Assembly: GCA_017623375.1 (NCBI GenBank)
Contig: JAGAPH010000032.1
Location: 1 to 49,386 of the forward strand
Reading direction: 5' to 3'
DNA from: Clostridia bacterium
GTDB lineage: Bacteria; Bacillota; Clostridia; Oscillospirales; CAG-272
DNA: 49,386 bases
In this document: one piece after another, positions 1 to 9,617 of the stretch
Layout of the letters: each line of letters starts with the position of its first letter
Numbering within the stretch: position 1 is the stretch's first letter
The notes under the pieces: model-generated
The model's input: the letters and a program-made list of their open reading frames with translations, nothing else
Told to the model about the DNA's origin: nothing
Database searches by the model: none
Position numbers and translations under genes: made by a program

Positions 1-160
1 CAGCGAAGCTGACTGAGGGAGAGTGCGTCAAAACATAATGAAATCTTAACCGTTATGCACGCAGGCTCCTCCACCCGCTACGCGGGAGCCCCCTCTCGGA
101 GGGAGCCTTATGTGAGTGCGAACACAGATTGTAAACCCACCTATAAATCAAAATTTGAAG
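1..160. repeat. Palindromic MITE/REPIN-like element, copy 1 (cut by window start)
   Basis: GC-rich hairpin arm at ~59-107. Bases 114-160 match 17062-17108 at 43/47 and also resemble the reverse complement of 6423-6453. Confidence 0.7.
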
Positions 161-215
161 CCTATTGCTTATAAAAAAATCATCCATATCATAATAAATT
201 TTGCGGAGGTGCGGC

Positions 216-1532
216 ATGAACCAATCGGATAACCAGAACAACGATCCAAGAGAATTGCCCGATAGCCCCCGCAAAGCTTTTTCTCTGAGGCCTTCTGCCA
301 TAAAGAAAAGCATTTCCGACGCGCTTGACAGGCGAGCCGAAAGATTGGCTGAAAATGACGTGGTGTTCAAGGAGCCTCTGACACCTGCTCCTGTTGAGGA
401 AGCAAAGCCACTGGTTAAGGGAACCGTGGATATGTGGTTTCTTTTGTGGGCGATGATACTCGTTTGCTTCGGCGCTATAATGTCTTATAGCGCAAGCGCG
501 GTGTATGCTGAGCAGAAGTTCGATAGCTCCACTTATTTCCTTTGGAGATACATACTTTTCGCGGTGCTTGCTATAGCGGTGACGGTACCGTTCGTTATGC
601 TGGCAAGACCGTGGTTCTGGAGAATGTTCGGCGCGGGCGCTTACCTTTTGTCAATATTCCTGCTCCTTGTGGTGCTTGTGTTCGGAGTTGCCGAGGGAGA
701 GGCGCAGAGATGGATAGATCTTGGATTTATAACCGTTCAGCCGTCGGAGATCGCCAAAATGGCGGTGGTTATGGTGCTTGCCCTTTATATGTCCAAATAC
801 GAGAAGGAGATAACGTCCACACACGCCTTTGGCGGAAGCTTCCGCAAGGGAGTGCTGGTCCCTATGATGATAATCGGACTTATCTGCGGACTTGTAGCGC
901 TTGAGAGACATATATCGGGTCTTATGATAATCGGTATGCTTGGCGTGTCGGTAATGTTCATGGGCGGAACGCGCATAAAATGGCTTGCCATGTTCCTCGG
1001 ATTTATCGCCGTGGCGGGAGTGGGACTTATACTCGTCTCCAGCTATGCACAGGAAAGAGTAAATATCTGGTGGAATATCGAACAGGCAGACCCGCTTGGC
1101 TCGGCTTGGCAGACGCTCCAAGGGCTTTATGCTATAGGCTCGGGTGGATTTTTTGGGCTTGGGCTTGGCAGTAGCCGACAGAAGTTTGGCTACGTTTCAC
1201 AGCCGCAGAACGACTTTATATTTACCATCATCTGTGAGGAGCTTGGCTTTATAGGCGCGTTTGTTTTGGTGTTGCTTTTCGGACTCCTTATATGGAGGGG
1301 AATAAAGATTGGACAAAGAGCGCCCGACAGATTTTGCGCTCTTACAGTATGGGGACTTACCTTTAAGATAGCACTTCAGGTGGCAATGAACATAGCAGTG
1401 GTGACCAACTCAATGCCCAATACGGGAATTTCATTGCCCTTCTTCAGCACGGGAGGAACCTCCCTTATGCTGCAGATATTTGAGATAGGAATAATACTGT
1501 CCATATCAAGATTTTCAACACTTAAGAAATAA
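216..1532 (+). CDS. ftsW: SEDS family peptidoglycan polymerase FtsW/SpoVE
   Basis: Multi-TM protein with AQRWI, QPSEIAK, GSGGFFGLGLG, DFIFTIICEELG and LPFFSTGGTS motifs. Directly upstream of murG. ATG at 216 follows GGAGG. Confidence 0.88.
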   Translation: MNQSDNQNNDPRELPDSPRKAFSLRPSAIKKSISDALDRRAERLAENDVVFKEPLTPAPVEEAKPLVKGTVDMWFLLWAMILVCFGAIMSYSASAVYAEQKFDSSTYFLWRYILFAVLAIAVTVPFVMLARPWFWRMFGAGAYLLSIFLLLVVLVFGVAEGEAQRWIDLGFITVQPSEIAKMAVVMVLALYMSKYEKEITSTHAFGGSFRKGVLVPMMIIGLICGLVALERHISGLMIIGMLGVSVMFMGGTRIKWLAMFLGFIAVAGVGLILVSSYAQERVNIWWNIEQADPLGSAWQTLQGLYAIGSGGFFGLGLGSSRQKFGYVSQPQNDFIFTIICEELGFIGAFVLVLLFGLLIWRGIKIGQRAPDRFCALTVWGLTFKIALQVAMNIAVVTNSMPNTGISLPFFSTGGTSLMLQIFEIGIILSISRFSTLKK

Positions 1533-1549
1533 ATTATTGAGGTAAAACG

Positions 1550-2686
1550 ATGAAGGTATTACTTACGGGCGGCGGAACGAGCGGACACGTAAATCCCGCC
1601 TTGGCGATAGCCGATATAATAAAGACCAACGATCCGTCAGCCGAGTTTGCGTATATCGGCACGGAAAAGGGAATAGAAAAGAGACTCGTCGAAAAGGAAG
1701 GCTACGACTTTTATCCCATAAAGATACAGGGCATCAGCCGCTCTTTGTCCTTTTCAAATCTCAAAACGGCATATCTTGTAATCACCGCTCCCGCAAAGGC
1801 AAAAAAGATAATAGAAAAATTTGATCCCGACGTAGTCATAGGCACGGGCGGATACGTTTGCTGGGCGCCTCTTAAGGCGGCGGCGGAGATGGGAATCCCC
1901 ACTGTTCTTCACGAGTCCAATTCCGTCCCGGGGCTTGCTGTGCGTAAGCTTGAGAGCAAGGTGGATCTTATACTGACTAATTTCAAGTCCACCGAGGAAG
2001 CTCTTACCGACACACAGAAGGTCGTCAACGTTGGAAACCCCATAAGGTTTTCCTTTGGGGCGGCTGATAAGGCAGAGGCAAGAAAAAAGCTGGGAATACC
2101 CGATAATATAAAATTTCTTGTGCTTTCCTTCGGGGGAAGCCTTGGCGCTCCCAAGCTTAACGAGGCGGCAATAGACGTAATGCGAGGCTTCGTCCTTGAG
2201 CATGACGACGTAATGCACGTTCATTCGGGCGGAAGAAATTATTATAAAAACGCTATGCAGATGTTTGCGGGATACAGTCTTGAGAAGAACGATAGGCTGG
2301 ACATCAAGGAATATATCTACGATATGTCCCTTTACATGACCGCCGCCGATCTTATCATATGCCGTGCGGGCGCTATGACGCTCACCGAGCTTGCTATGAT
2401 GAATAAGCCTGCCATACTTATTCCTTCTCCCAACGTAACGGATAATCACCAGTATAAGAACGCAAAGGTGCTTGCCGACGTGGGTGCCGCTATACTTATG
2501 GAAGAGAGCGAGCTCAGCTTTGAGTCCATCAATGCGGCTGTAAGGGAGATATACAGTGATACGGCTAAGAGGGAGAGCATTTGTAAGGCGATCTCGCAGT
2601 TTGCCTCGCCCGATGTTGACCGTAGGATATACGAGGAGCTTGCCAAGCTGATAAGGAACAAAGCAAAGATAAAAAGAAAGGGATAA
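1550..2686 (+). CDS. murG: Undecaprenyldiphospho-muramoylpentapeptide GlcNAc transferase
   Basis: GGGTSGHVNPA, HESNSVPG, FGGSLGA, CRAGAMT and HQYKNA motifs. Confidence 0.97.
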   Translation: MKVLLTGGGTSGHVNPALAIADIIKTNDPSAEFAYIGTEKGIEKRLVEKEGYDFYPIKIQGISRSLSFSNLKTAYLVITAPAKAKKIIEKFDPDVVIGTGGYVCWAPLKAAAEMGIPTVLHESNSVPGLAVRKLESKVDLILTNFKSTEEALTDTQKVVNVGNPIRFSFGAADKAEARKKLGIPDNIKFLVLSFGGSLGAPKLNEAAIDVMRGFVLEHDDVMHVHSGGRNYYKNAMQMFAGYSLEKNDRLDIKEYIYDMSLYMTAADLIICRAGAMTLTELAMMNKPAILIPSPNVTDNHQYKNAKVLADVGAAILMEESELSFESINAAVREIYSDTAKRESICKAISQFASPDVDRRIYEELAKLIRNKAKIKRKG

Positions 2687-2691
2687 GTGAA

Positions 2692-3486
2692 ATGCGCACG
2701 TCAGTTGGAAAACGCAAGGGAATAAGAGCTAATAAAACAAGGATAGTTCTGTTTTGCGTTACCGTTCTGATGTGCGTTTTTGCGTGTGTATCACTGTTTT
2801 TGTTTATAAGATCCTTTCTTCCCGTCAAGAGCTTCGAGCTTTCGGGTGTTACTCAATACGAAAGGTCGGAGATAATATGGGCGTCGGGAATAAAGGAAGG
2901 GGACAAGCTTTATTCGGTGGATCTGGAGGCGGCGGCAGAGAGACTGCTTGAGAGCTGTCCGTATCTTGAGTCTGCCGTGGTGGAGCGGAAATTCCCAAGC
3001 AGAATAGTATTTAAGGTTACGGAAAAAACGCCCCATTGGTATATAGAGATATCGGGGGATTATTATACTCTTGACGAAAATTTTGTGGTCATTGAGGAAA
3101 CGGTGAACAGGGACAAGCTTGTAAACGGAGGCGTGCCTGAGCTGATATTGCCCGATCTTCGCAAGGTAGTGTGCGGAGAGGTGCCCGATTTCGGTAAGGA
3201 CGAGCACGAGGTGGAAAAGGCGATGGAGCTTGTGAGTGCGGTGCAGAGCACGGGCTTTAAGGCAAGGCTTACGCTTGTTGATATGGAGAGCAGATTTGAC
3301 GTCAATATCGTCGTTGAGAACAGATATTTCGTTTATATGGGGGATATATCCAACGTAAAGGAAAAGCTGAAGGCGGTGGAAAAGATACTTGCCACCGAGG
3401 AATTCAAGAGCTATGCGGGCGCTGAGATAGACGCCTCCATGCCCGAGACCGTCAGCGTAAAGCCAATATATTCATATGATCAATAA
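2692..3486 (+). CDS. ftsQ: Cell division protein FtsQ/DivIB (POTRA domain)
   Basis: Basic N-terminus, one TM helix, POTRA-like segment ending VERKFPSRIVFKVTE; dcw gene context. Confidence 0.8.
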   Translation: MRTSVGKRKGIRANKTRIVLFCVTVLMCVFACVSLFLFIRSFLPVKSFELSGVTQYERSEIIWASGIKEGDKLYSVDLEAAAERLLESCPYLESAVVERKFPSRIVFKVTEKTPHWYIEISGDYYTLDENFVVIEETVNRDKLVNGGVPELILPDLRKVVCGEVPDFGKDEHEVEKAMELVSAVQSTGFKARLTLVDMESRFDVNIVVENRYFVYMGDISNVKEKLKAVEKILATEEFKSYAGAEIDASMPETVSVKPIYSYDQ

Positions 3487-3518
3487 AGCAAGCCGAGCTT
3501 TGACTCGGCTTGCTTTTA
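3485..3518 (+). terminator. Intrinsic terminator after ftsQ
   Basis: Hairpin AAAGCAAGCCGAG/CTCGGCTTGCTTT with a T-rich tail. Confidence 0.8.
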
Positions 3519-3640
3519 TATGTTTACTCCAAAGAATAAAAGTACACTATAACGGATAATACTTAAAATAACGAGTATTTAAAGCAAGTTGTTTTTTTGT
3601 GAACTTTTTTTAGTTAATTTAATAAAAGTATTATATCTCA

Positions 3641-3669
3641 TTAACAAAAATTTTCAGTTGTGATATAAT
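3641..3669 (+). promoter_or_regulatory. Sigma-A promoter of pyk
   Basis: TTAACA-17 bp-TATAAT with extended -10 TG. Confidence 0.6.
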
Positions 3670-3706
3670 TGGTAGGAAAATTTTTTTTTGCAAGAGGACC
3701 CTGAAA

Positions 3707-5119
3707 ATGAGAAAAACAAAGATAGTATGTACCATTGGACCGTCGTGTAATAACGAGGAAACACTTACTCAGATGTGCCTTGCGGGCATGAACGTGGCAA
3801 GACTCAATTTCTCCCACGGAACCCACGAGGAGCATCTTAAAAATATAGAGCTTATAAAAAAGGTAAGAGAAAAGCTGGGGCTTCCTATTGCCATTCTTCT
3901 TGACACCAAGGGACCCGAGTACCGTATAAAGACCTTTAAGGATGGAAAGATATTCCTTAATGACGGAGACCGCTTCGTGTTTACCACCGAGGACGTGGAG
4001 GGAGACGAGAGCCGCGTTTCGGTAAACTATAAGGGACTTCCTGCCGAGATGAAGGCAGGGGACAAGATACTCCTCAATAACGGACTTGTCATATTTGAGG
4101 TGGAGGAGTCTCACGATACCGAGGTGGTGTGTAAGGTAGTGGTGGGCGGAGAGCTTTCCAACCGTAAGAGCATGAGCTTCCCTAATAAGGTGTTAAAGCA
4201 GATATATCTCAGCGATTACGATAAAAGCGACCTGCTTTTTGGTATTGAGAACGGCGTTGACTTTATTGCTTGCTCCTTTGTTTCGGTCCGTCAGGATCTT
4301 ATCGACGTAAAGAAATTCCTTCACGCCAACGGTGGCGACGATATAGATATTATTGCCAAGATAGAGAACCGCTCGGGTGTAGACAATATCCGTGAGATAG
4401 CAGAGGAATGCAGCGGTATTATGATAGGCAGAGGAGATATGGGTGTGGAGATCCCCTTTGAAGAGCTGCCCGCTATTCAAAAGCATCTTATAACTACTTG
4501 CCGACTTCTCGGTAAGCGTGTTATAACCGCAACTGAGATGCTGGAGTCTATGATACACAATCCACGTCCCACAAGAGCGGAAATATCCGACGTAGCCAAC
4601 GCCGTTTACGACGGTACCAGCGCTATCATGCTTTCGGGTGAGACGGCGGCAGGACACTATCCTGTGCTTACAGTCAAGACAATGGCACGTATCGCGCTCC
4701 AGACCGAGCAGAATATCAACTATAAAAAGATATTCCACGATTCTGATTTTATAATCAAAAATACCGTGGATGCTATCTCTCACGCAACCTGCGGAATGGC
4801 GATAGATATCGAGGCAAGGGCGATCGCCGTATGCTCCATTTCGGGAATGACTGCCCGTATGGTATCTCGCTTCCGTTGTCCCATAGATATTCTCGGAGTG
4901 ACCACTGACGAGCGCACATGGCGCAAGCTGGCACTTTCCTGGGGAGTAACGCCCGTTATGAGCGAGATGTTCAACTCCCTTGATGTTCTGTTCTATACGG
5001 CAAAGAAGCTTGCAAAGTCCGAAATGTCGCTGAGGGCAGGGGACCGCATAGTTATCACGGGCGGAGTTACAAACGGCTCGTCGGGTAACACAAACGTTAT
5101 TAAGGTCGAAACAGTATAA
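3707..5119 (+). CDS. pyk: Pyruvate kinase
   Basis: RKTKIVCTIGP, RLNFSHG, DTKGPE, AKIEN and MLSGETA motifs. Confidence 0.98.
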   Translation: MRKTKIVCTIGPSCNNEETLTQMCLAGMNVARLNFSHGTHEEHLKNIELIKKVREKLGLPIAILLDTKGPEYRIKTFKDGKIFLNDGDRFVFTTEDVEGDESRVSVNYKGLPAEMKAGDKILLNNGLVIFEVEESHDTEVVCKVVVGGELSNRKSMSFPNKVLKQIYLSDYDKSDLLFGIENGVDFIACSFVSVRQDLIDVKKFLHANGGDDIDIIAKIENRSGVDNIREIAEECSGIMIGRGDMGVEIPFEELPAIQKHLITTCRLLGKRVITATEMLESMIHNPRPTRAEISDVANAVYDGTSAIMLSGETAAGHYPVLTVKTMARIALQTEQNINYKKIFHDSDFIIKNTVDAISHATCGMAIDIEARAIAVCSISGMTARMVSRFRCPIDILGVTTDERTWRKLALSWGVTPVMSEMFNSLDVLFYTAKKLAKSEMSLRAGDRIVITGGVTNGSSGNTNVIKVETV

Positions 5120-5131
5120 AAAATATAAAAC

Positions 5132-5162
5132 AAAAAACCGTGTCATTCAGACACGGTTTTTT
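5132..5162. terminator. Bidirectional terminator between pyk and rplL
   Basis: AAAAAACCGTGTC/GACACGGTTTTTT between convergent genes. Confidence 0.85.
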
Positions 5163-5181
5163 ATGTTCAGAAGGGGTTAAA

Positions 5182-5562
5182 TTACTTAACCTCAACCTCA
5201 GCGCCAGCCTCTTCGAGAGCCTTCTTAACAGACTCAGCCTCGTCCTTGGAAACGCCTTCCTTAACGGTCTTAGGAGCACCCTCAACCATTTCCTTTGCTT
5301 CCTTAAGTCCAAGACCTGTGATCTCACGAACAGCCTTGATAACGTCGAGCTTCTTAGCTCCGAAGGACTTGAGGACAACGTCAAACTCAGTCTTCTCTTC
5401 TGCTGCTGCGGGAGCTGCACCGCCTGCTGCAACTGCAACGCCAACGGGAGCTGCTGCGGATACGCCGAACTCTTCCTCAACTGCCTTTACGAGGTCAGCG
5501 AGCTCGATAAGTGTAAGTGCCTTGATTTCTTCAAGAATGTTTGTAATCTTTTCAGATGCCAT
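5182..5562 (-). CDS. rplL: 50S ribosomal protein L7/L12
   Basis: [21 protein letters not shown] and GLGLKEAK motifs. Confidence 0.99.
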   Translation of the reverse strand: MASEKITNILEEIKALTLIELADLVKAVEEEFGVSAAAPVGVAVAAGGAAPAAAEEKTEFDVVLKSFGAKKLDVIKAVREITGLGLKEAKEMVEGAPKTVKEGVSKDEAESVKKALEEAGAEVEVK

Positions 5563-5640
5563 TTTAGTGTTCCTCCTTAAAACGGAATAATTTTAATAAT
5601 TTTTTGCGTTTTCACGCTGTTTTAGTTCGCAGATAATAGC

Positions 5641-6183
5641 TTAAGCTTCTGCGGGAGCCTCTGCAGCTTCTTCTGTAGCGGGAGCTGCCTCGCCGTCCTT
5701 GTCCACAACTGCCTGGAGAGCGTATGCAAGTCCGTAAATAGGAGACTTGATGCTTCCGAGGAGCTTTGCGATAAGAACTTCCTTCGAGGGGATCTCGGCA
5801 AGCTGCTTGACTGTATCAACGTCAACAACCTTACCGTCAAGGTAACCTGCGAGGATCTGGAAGGACTCGATCTTCTCCGCATATTCCTTGAGAACCTTTG
5901 CAGGAGCAACGGCATTGTCTGTACCGATAGCGATAGCGGTCATACCTGTGAGGTACTGCTTCATATCGGAGAGACCAACCTCGTCACATGCTCTGCCTGT
6001 AAGGGAATTCTTCATAACCATGTAGTTAACACCGGCTTCGCGGAGAGCTTTACGCATCTTTGTGTCGTCTTCAACGGTGATACCCTGATAGTTAACGACA
6101 ACGCCCGCGGGAGAATTCTTAAGCTGTTCAGCAAGATCAGCAACGATCGCCTGCTTCTGTTCAAGAATTGATTTGCTTGGCAC
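5641..6183 (-). CDS. rplJ: 50S ribosomal protein L10
   Basis: L10-like sequence (KNSL, LAEIPSKEVLIAKLLG). GTG start after GGAGG; upstream of rplL. Confidence 0.98.
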   Translation of the reverse strand: MPSKSILEQKQAIVADLAEQLKNSPAGVVVNYQGITVEDDTKMRKALREAGVNYMVMKNSLTGRACDEVGLSDMKQYLTGMTAIAIGTDNAVAPAKVLKEYAEKIESFQILAGYLDGKVVDVDTVKQLAEIPSKEVLIAKLLGSIKSPIYGLAYALQAVVDKDGEAAPATEEAAEAPAEA

Positions 6184-6214
6184 TTTGGTTTACCTCCTGT
6201 GAGTTTTTTGCAGG

Positions 6215-6352
6215 AAAAAGAAAAAATCTTTCTTACGGGAAACGCGCACTCTCCCGAAGAAAGACATAATTAACACAAATATGCTTTGAATTAACTTGAT
6301 CATTTCCTCGGCAGGAGAGCTCTTCGCCTTTACCGTAACCTGCTGTCTTTGG
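6215..6352 (-). ncRNA. Ribosomal protein L10 leader (cis-regulatory RNA) with attenuator hairpin
   Basis: Minus strand reads CCAAAGACAGCAGG...CCTGCCGAGG, the typical L10 leader core, then a hairpin and U-tract before rplJ. Confidence 0.8.
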
Positions 6353-6364
6353 ATAACATCGCAT

Positions 6365-6393
6365 ATTATACCACATCTTTTTTTGTTTGTCAA
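6365..6393 (-). promoter_or_regulatory. Sigma-A promoter of rplJL
   Basis: TTGACA-17 bp-TATAAT with TG extension on the minus strand. Confidence 0.85.
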
Positions 6394-6422
6394 CACTTTT
6401 TTGAAAATAAATAAAATTTTTA

Positions 6423-6874
6423 TTCAAATTTTGATTTATCGGTGGGTTCGCACCACCCCACTCATAAAGTTTAGGTCAAGCCTTTTTAAAGGCTTGCAGG
6501 TACTTAGGGCAGAGCCCTAAGCCGACCTCCGCAGAGGTCGGAATTCCTTTATCGTGTAAGAAAATGCAGGAGAGGTGAATTTCAAAAGCCGAAGCTTTTG
6601 AAAGAGGGGAACCCACATGAGGGGTTCCCCTCAATGTAACATAATGTATCTGTAAGGGGAAAACCCTCATGTGGTTTTCCCCTCTTTCAAGACACAAGTG
6701 TCTTGAAATTCACCCTTTTCTGCATTTCCCCGCACGATAGGGGTGTTTCGCCGTCTGCGGACGGCGACAAGGGCTCCGCGCCCTTGACTCCGCAAGCCTT
6801 TAAAAAGGCTTGACCTAAACTTTAAAGAATTGGTTTGTGCGAACACATCGAAGTCACCGAAAAATCCCAATTTA
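6423..6874. repeat. Palindromic MITE/REPIN-like element, copy 2 (large nested inverted repeat)
   Basis: Perfect 33-bp inverted repeat 6465-6497/6792-6824 enclosing mirrored sub-hairpins. Ends are shared with the elements at 1-160 and 16895-17108. Confidence 0.8.
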
Positions 6875-6882
6875 TAAACAGT

Positions 6883-7794
6883 TCAATTTCTATTCAACCA
6901 AAGCTCAAAGAGCATTCTGTGCTTTTTAGCCACGGCGTGGAGAATAATTCCGCACATAAGCAGTAGCGCGGCAATTATAAAGCAACCGATACAAACGAAC
7001 AGTGTGGGGAAGCGCTCAACAAGTCCCGTTTCAAAGTAATCCACGAGGACGGGAATAAGGAAGCCCGAGCCGAGGAGGGCAAGGAGAGCGGCGAGGATAG
7101 AGAAAAATTTAAGAGGCTTATACTCGGAGAAAAGGCGGAATATGGTCATAATGACCTTGATGCCGTCCGAGACGGTGTTAAGCTTGGATACACTTCCCTC
7201 GGGGCGGTCACGGTAATCCACGGGGACCTCCTCAAGAAGAAAATTTTTATCAAGCGCGTGGATAGTCATTTCGGTCTCTATCTCAAATCCCTTGGAGAGC
7301 ACGGGGAAATTTTTGACGAAGGTGCGGCTGAAGGCGCGGTATCCCGTCATAATATCCTTGACGTTGCTATTGAAAATCTTATTTATAAGAAGCCTTACGG
7401 CTTTATTGCCCGCGTTGTGGAAGGGGCGCTTATTCTGCTCAAAATAGGTAGAGGACAGTCGGTCGCCTATGACCATATCCACACCCTTGTTAAGTACAAG
7501 CTCACACATTTCTCTTGCGTGCTCGGCGGGATAGGTATCGTCCCCGTCTATCATAAGGTAGCAGTCAGCATCTATCTGACGGAACATGCTGCGGATAACA
7601 TTGCCCTTTCCCTGACGGTATTCGTATTTTACTATAGCGCCCGCTTCACGGGCAAGCTCGTCCGTCCCATCGGTGGAGTTGTTATCGTAAACGTATATAT
7701 CAGCCTCGGGGAGTGCGTTTTTGTAATCGGTGACTACCTTTGCGACGGTAGCGCTTTCGTTGTAGCAGGGGATAAGAACTGCGATCTTTGGCAT
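6883..7794 (-). CDS. Glycosyltransferase family 2 (polyprenol-phosphate glycosyltransferase-like)
   Basis: IPCYNE, YDNNSTDGT, RQGKG, IDGDDTY motifs and two C-terminal TM helices. Confidence 0.9.
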   Translation of the reverse strand: MPKIAVLIPCYNESATVAKVVTDYKNALPEADIYVYDNNSTDGTDELAREAGAIVKYEYRQGKGNVIRSMFRQIDADCYLMIDGDDTYPAEHAREMCELVLNKGVDMVIGDRLSSTYFEQNKRPFHNAGNKAVRLLINKIFNSNVKDIMTGYRAFSRTFVKNFPVLSKGFEIETEMTIHALDKNFLLEEVPVDYRDRPEGSVSKLNTVSDGIKVIMTIFRLFSEYKPLKFFSILAALLALLGSGFLIPVLVDYFETGLVERFPTLFVCIGCFIIAALLLMCGIILHAVAKKHRMLFELWLNRN

Positions 7795-7956
7795 AGCGTT
7801 TCCTCCTCACAGGATTTTATCTTACTTATGAGTTTACCATATAAGTGAGTGAAAATCAAGAGAAAATATGAAAAATTTTCATTACCGCCGTATAGTGACA
7901 AACTTTGCGTAATATATATGGTAGAATAGGTACATAAAAAATATCGGAGGTACAAA

Positions 7957-8301
7957 ATGGCAAAGAACAACTGTCGGCTGCAGGTGCATTGCGAGGACGG
8001 CGTGCTTGAGGCGACCTTGGGCGGTGAGCTTGACCACCACGGCGCCGTTGCCGTGCGGACGCTGATCGACGCCGAGATATGCAGACTCAAGCCGCATAAG
8101 ACGGTGCTTGATCTTGCGGCGCTTGATTTTATGGATAGCTCGGGTCTTGGACTTATAATGGGCAGATACGCCCTTATGCAAAAGAACGGGGGCGAGCTTT
8201 GCGTGCGTGACCCCAACGAGAGGATAGTAAAGATATTCAGGCTTGCGGGGCTTGAGCGCATGGTGAAGGTGGAATATGGCGGAAAGGAGAAGGAAAAATG
8301 A
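7957..8301 (+). CDS. spoIIAA: Anti-sigma F factor antagonist (STAS)
   Basis: GELDHH and FMDSSGLGLIMGRY motifs. Confidence 0.95.
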   Translation: MAKNNCRLQVHCEDGVLEATLGGELDHHGAVAVRTLIDAEICRLKPHKTVLDLAALDFMDSSGLGLIMGRYALMQKNGGELCVRDPNERIVKIFRLAGLERMVKVEYGGKEKEK

Positions 8302-8762
8302 AACCAAAGGGAAGTAAAAACAGCTTTACGGCTGAGGTGATAAATGAAATGAGCTTGAAGCTTCCGTCACTGTCGGTAAATGAGGGCATGGCGAGAGCGG
8401 CGGTGGCTGCCTTCTGCGCTCAGCTTGATCCCGAGGCGACGGAGCTTGCCGATATAAAATGTGCGGTGTCCGAGGCGGTAACCAACTGTATAGTCCACGG
8501 TTACCGCAATACCATCGGCATCATATACATAACCGTTAAGCTTTGCCGAGAAGGCATAGTGAGGATAGACATACGCGACAAGGGATGCGGTATCGAGGAC
8601 GTAAAGCAGGCGCGTCAGCCGCTTTATACCACGGACGCGGAGAACGAGAGAAGCGGCATGGGCTTTACGGTCATGGAAAGCTTTTGTGATAAGGTGAGGG
8701 TGTATTCCGCATGCGGAAGGGGAACAACGGTAACGCTATTCAAGCGGCTGAGAGGACGATGA
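8298..8762 (+). CDS. spoIIAB: Anti-sigma F factor kinase
   Basis: SEAVTNCIVHGY, DKGCGI and ERSGMGFTVME motifs. Confidence 0.95.
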   Translation: MKPKGSKNSFTAEVINEMSLKLPSLSVNEGMARAAVAAFCAQLDPEATELADIKCAVSEAVTNCIVHGYRNTIGIIYITVKLCREGIVRIDIRDKGCGIEDVKQARQPLYTTDAENERSGMGFTVMESFCDKVRVYSACGRGTTVTLFKRLRGR

Positions 8763-9538
8763 GTCCACAGGAAAGCGCGGGTGCTTTAAAAAACGGTTAT
8801 TCTGCCAATATTGAGCTTATACGCGCGGCACAGAGCGAGGGCGGCGAGAGTGAGGCGGCAATGCGTGCTACGGCGGAGCTGCTGGAGCTAAACAAGGGGC
8901 TTCTGAAAAAGATAGTAATGCGCTTTCGCGACCGAGGTGTGGAGCTTGAGGATCTTATGCAGATAGGCACTATCGGCATGATAAAGGCGATACGAAGCTT
9001 TGATCTGGAGAGGGGAACGTGCTTTTCTACCTACGCCGTTCCGCTCATCTTCGGCGAGATACGGCGGCATATACGGGACGAGGGCCCCATAAAGGTAGGG
9101 CGGTATTACAAGCGCCTCGGGGCTGAGCTTATGAATTGCAAGAACCGCATACTTACCGAGGAAGGGCGGGACGCTCACGTATCTGAGCTTGCCGCCCTAT
9201 GCGGTGTCAGCGCTGAGGAGGCGGCAATGGCAATGGACGCGCTATCGCCCATCGCGTCGCTATCGGACAGTGCATACGGTGATGAGGAGGGCGTTGAGCT
9301 TGAGGCTACCATTGCCGACGAGGAGGCGTCAACTGAGAGTGAGCGGCTGATCGACAAGATAGCCCTGTCACAGGCGATCGGGGAGATGCCCGCCCTGTGG
9401 CAGCAGATAGTTACATTCAGGTATTACCGAGGCATGACTCAGCAGCAGGTCGCTGCCGCCTTGGGCGTCACGCAGGTAAAGGTGTCAAGGGAAGAGAAGA
9501 AGATACTCGAGCACCTGAGAGAGCATATGAGGAATTGA
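8759..9538 (+). CDS. sigF: Sporulation sigma factor F
   Basis: EDLMQIGTIG, FSTYAVPLIFGEIRR and TQVKVSR motifs; third gene of the spoIIA operon. ATGA overlap at 8759 taken as the start. Confidence 0.9.
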   Translation: MSPQESAGALKNGYSANIELIRAAQSEGGESEAAMRATAELLELNKGLLKKIVMRFRDRGVELEDLMQIGTIGMIKAIRSFDLERGTCFSTYAVPLIFGEIRRHIRDEGPIKVGRYYKRLGAELMNCKNRILTEEGRDAHVSELAALCGVSAEEAAMAMDALSPIASLSDSAYGDEEGVELEATIADEEASTESERLIDKIALSQAIGEMPALWQQIVTFRYYRGMTQQQVAAALGVTQVKVSREEKKILEHLREHMRN

Positions 9539-9569
9539 GATCAAAGTATAAAACGATTTTTTTACAAAG

Positions 9570-9610
9570 AAAGCATACCCTCGACGGATTTTGTGTCGAG
9601 GGTATGCTTT
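9570..9610. terminator. Bidirectional terminator between sigF and the RAYT gene
   Basis: Perfect 16-bp stem AAAGCATACCCTCGAC/GTCGAGGGTATGCTTT. Confidence 0.8.
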
Positions 9611-9617
9611 ATATTCT

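Noticed and set aside
4193-5146. 317-aa antisense ORF over pyk, and similar shadows such as 15701-16765, 29931-30761 and 21406-22119
   Set aside because: Each lies wholly or almost wholly opposite a well-supported gene and has no recognisable motifs; expected from codon bias.
6296-6870. Short ORFs (6296-6520, 6476-6697, 6667-6870) including the repeated peptide KFRSSLFKGL
   Set aside because: They are translations of the palindromic element arms and the rplJ promoter region, not genes.
6423-6874. Possible CRISPR array or riboswitch
   Set aside because: The repeats are inverted and nested rather than direct repeats with spacers, no cas genes are present, and no known aptamer consensus was recognised.
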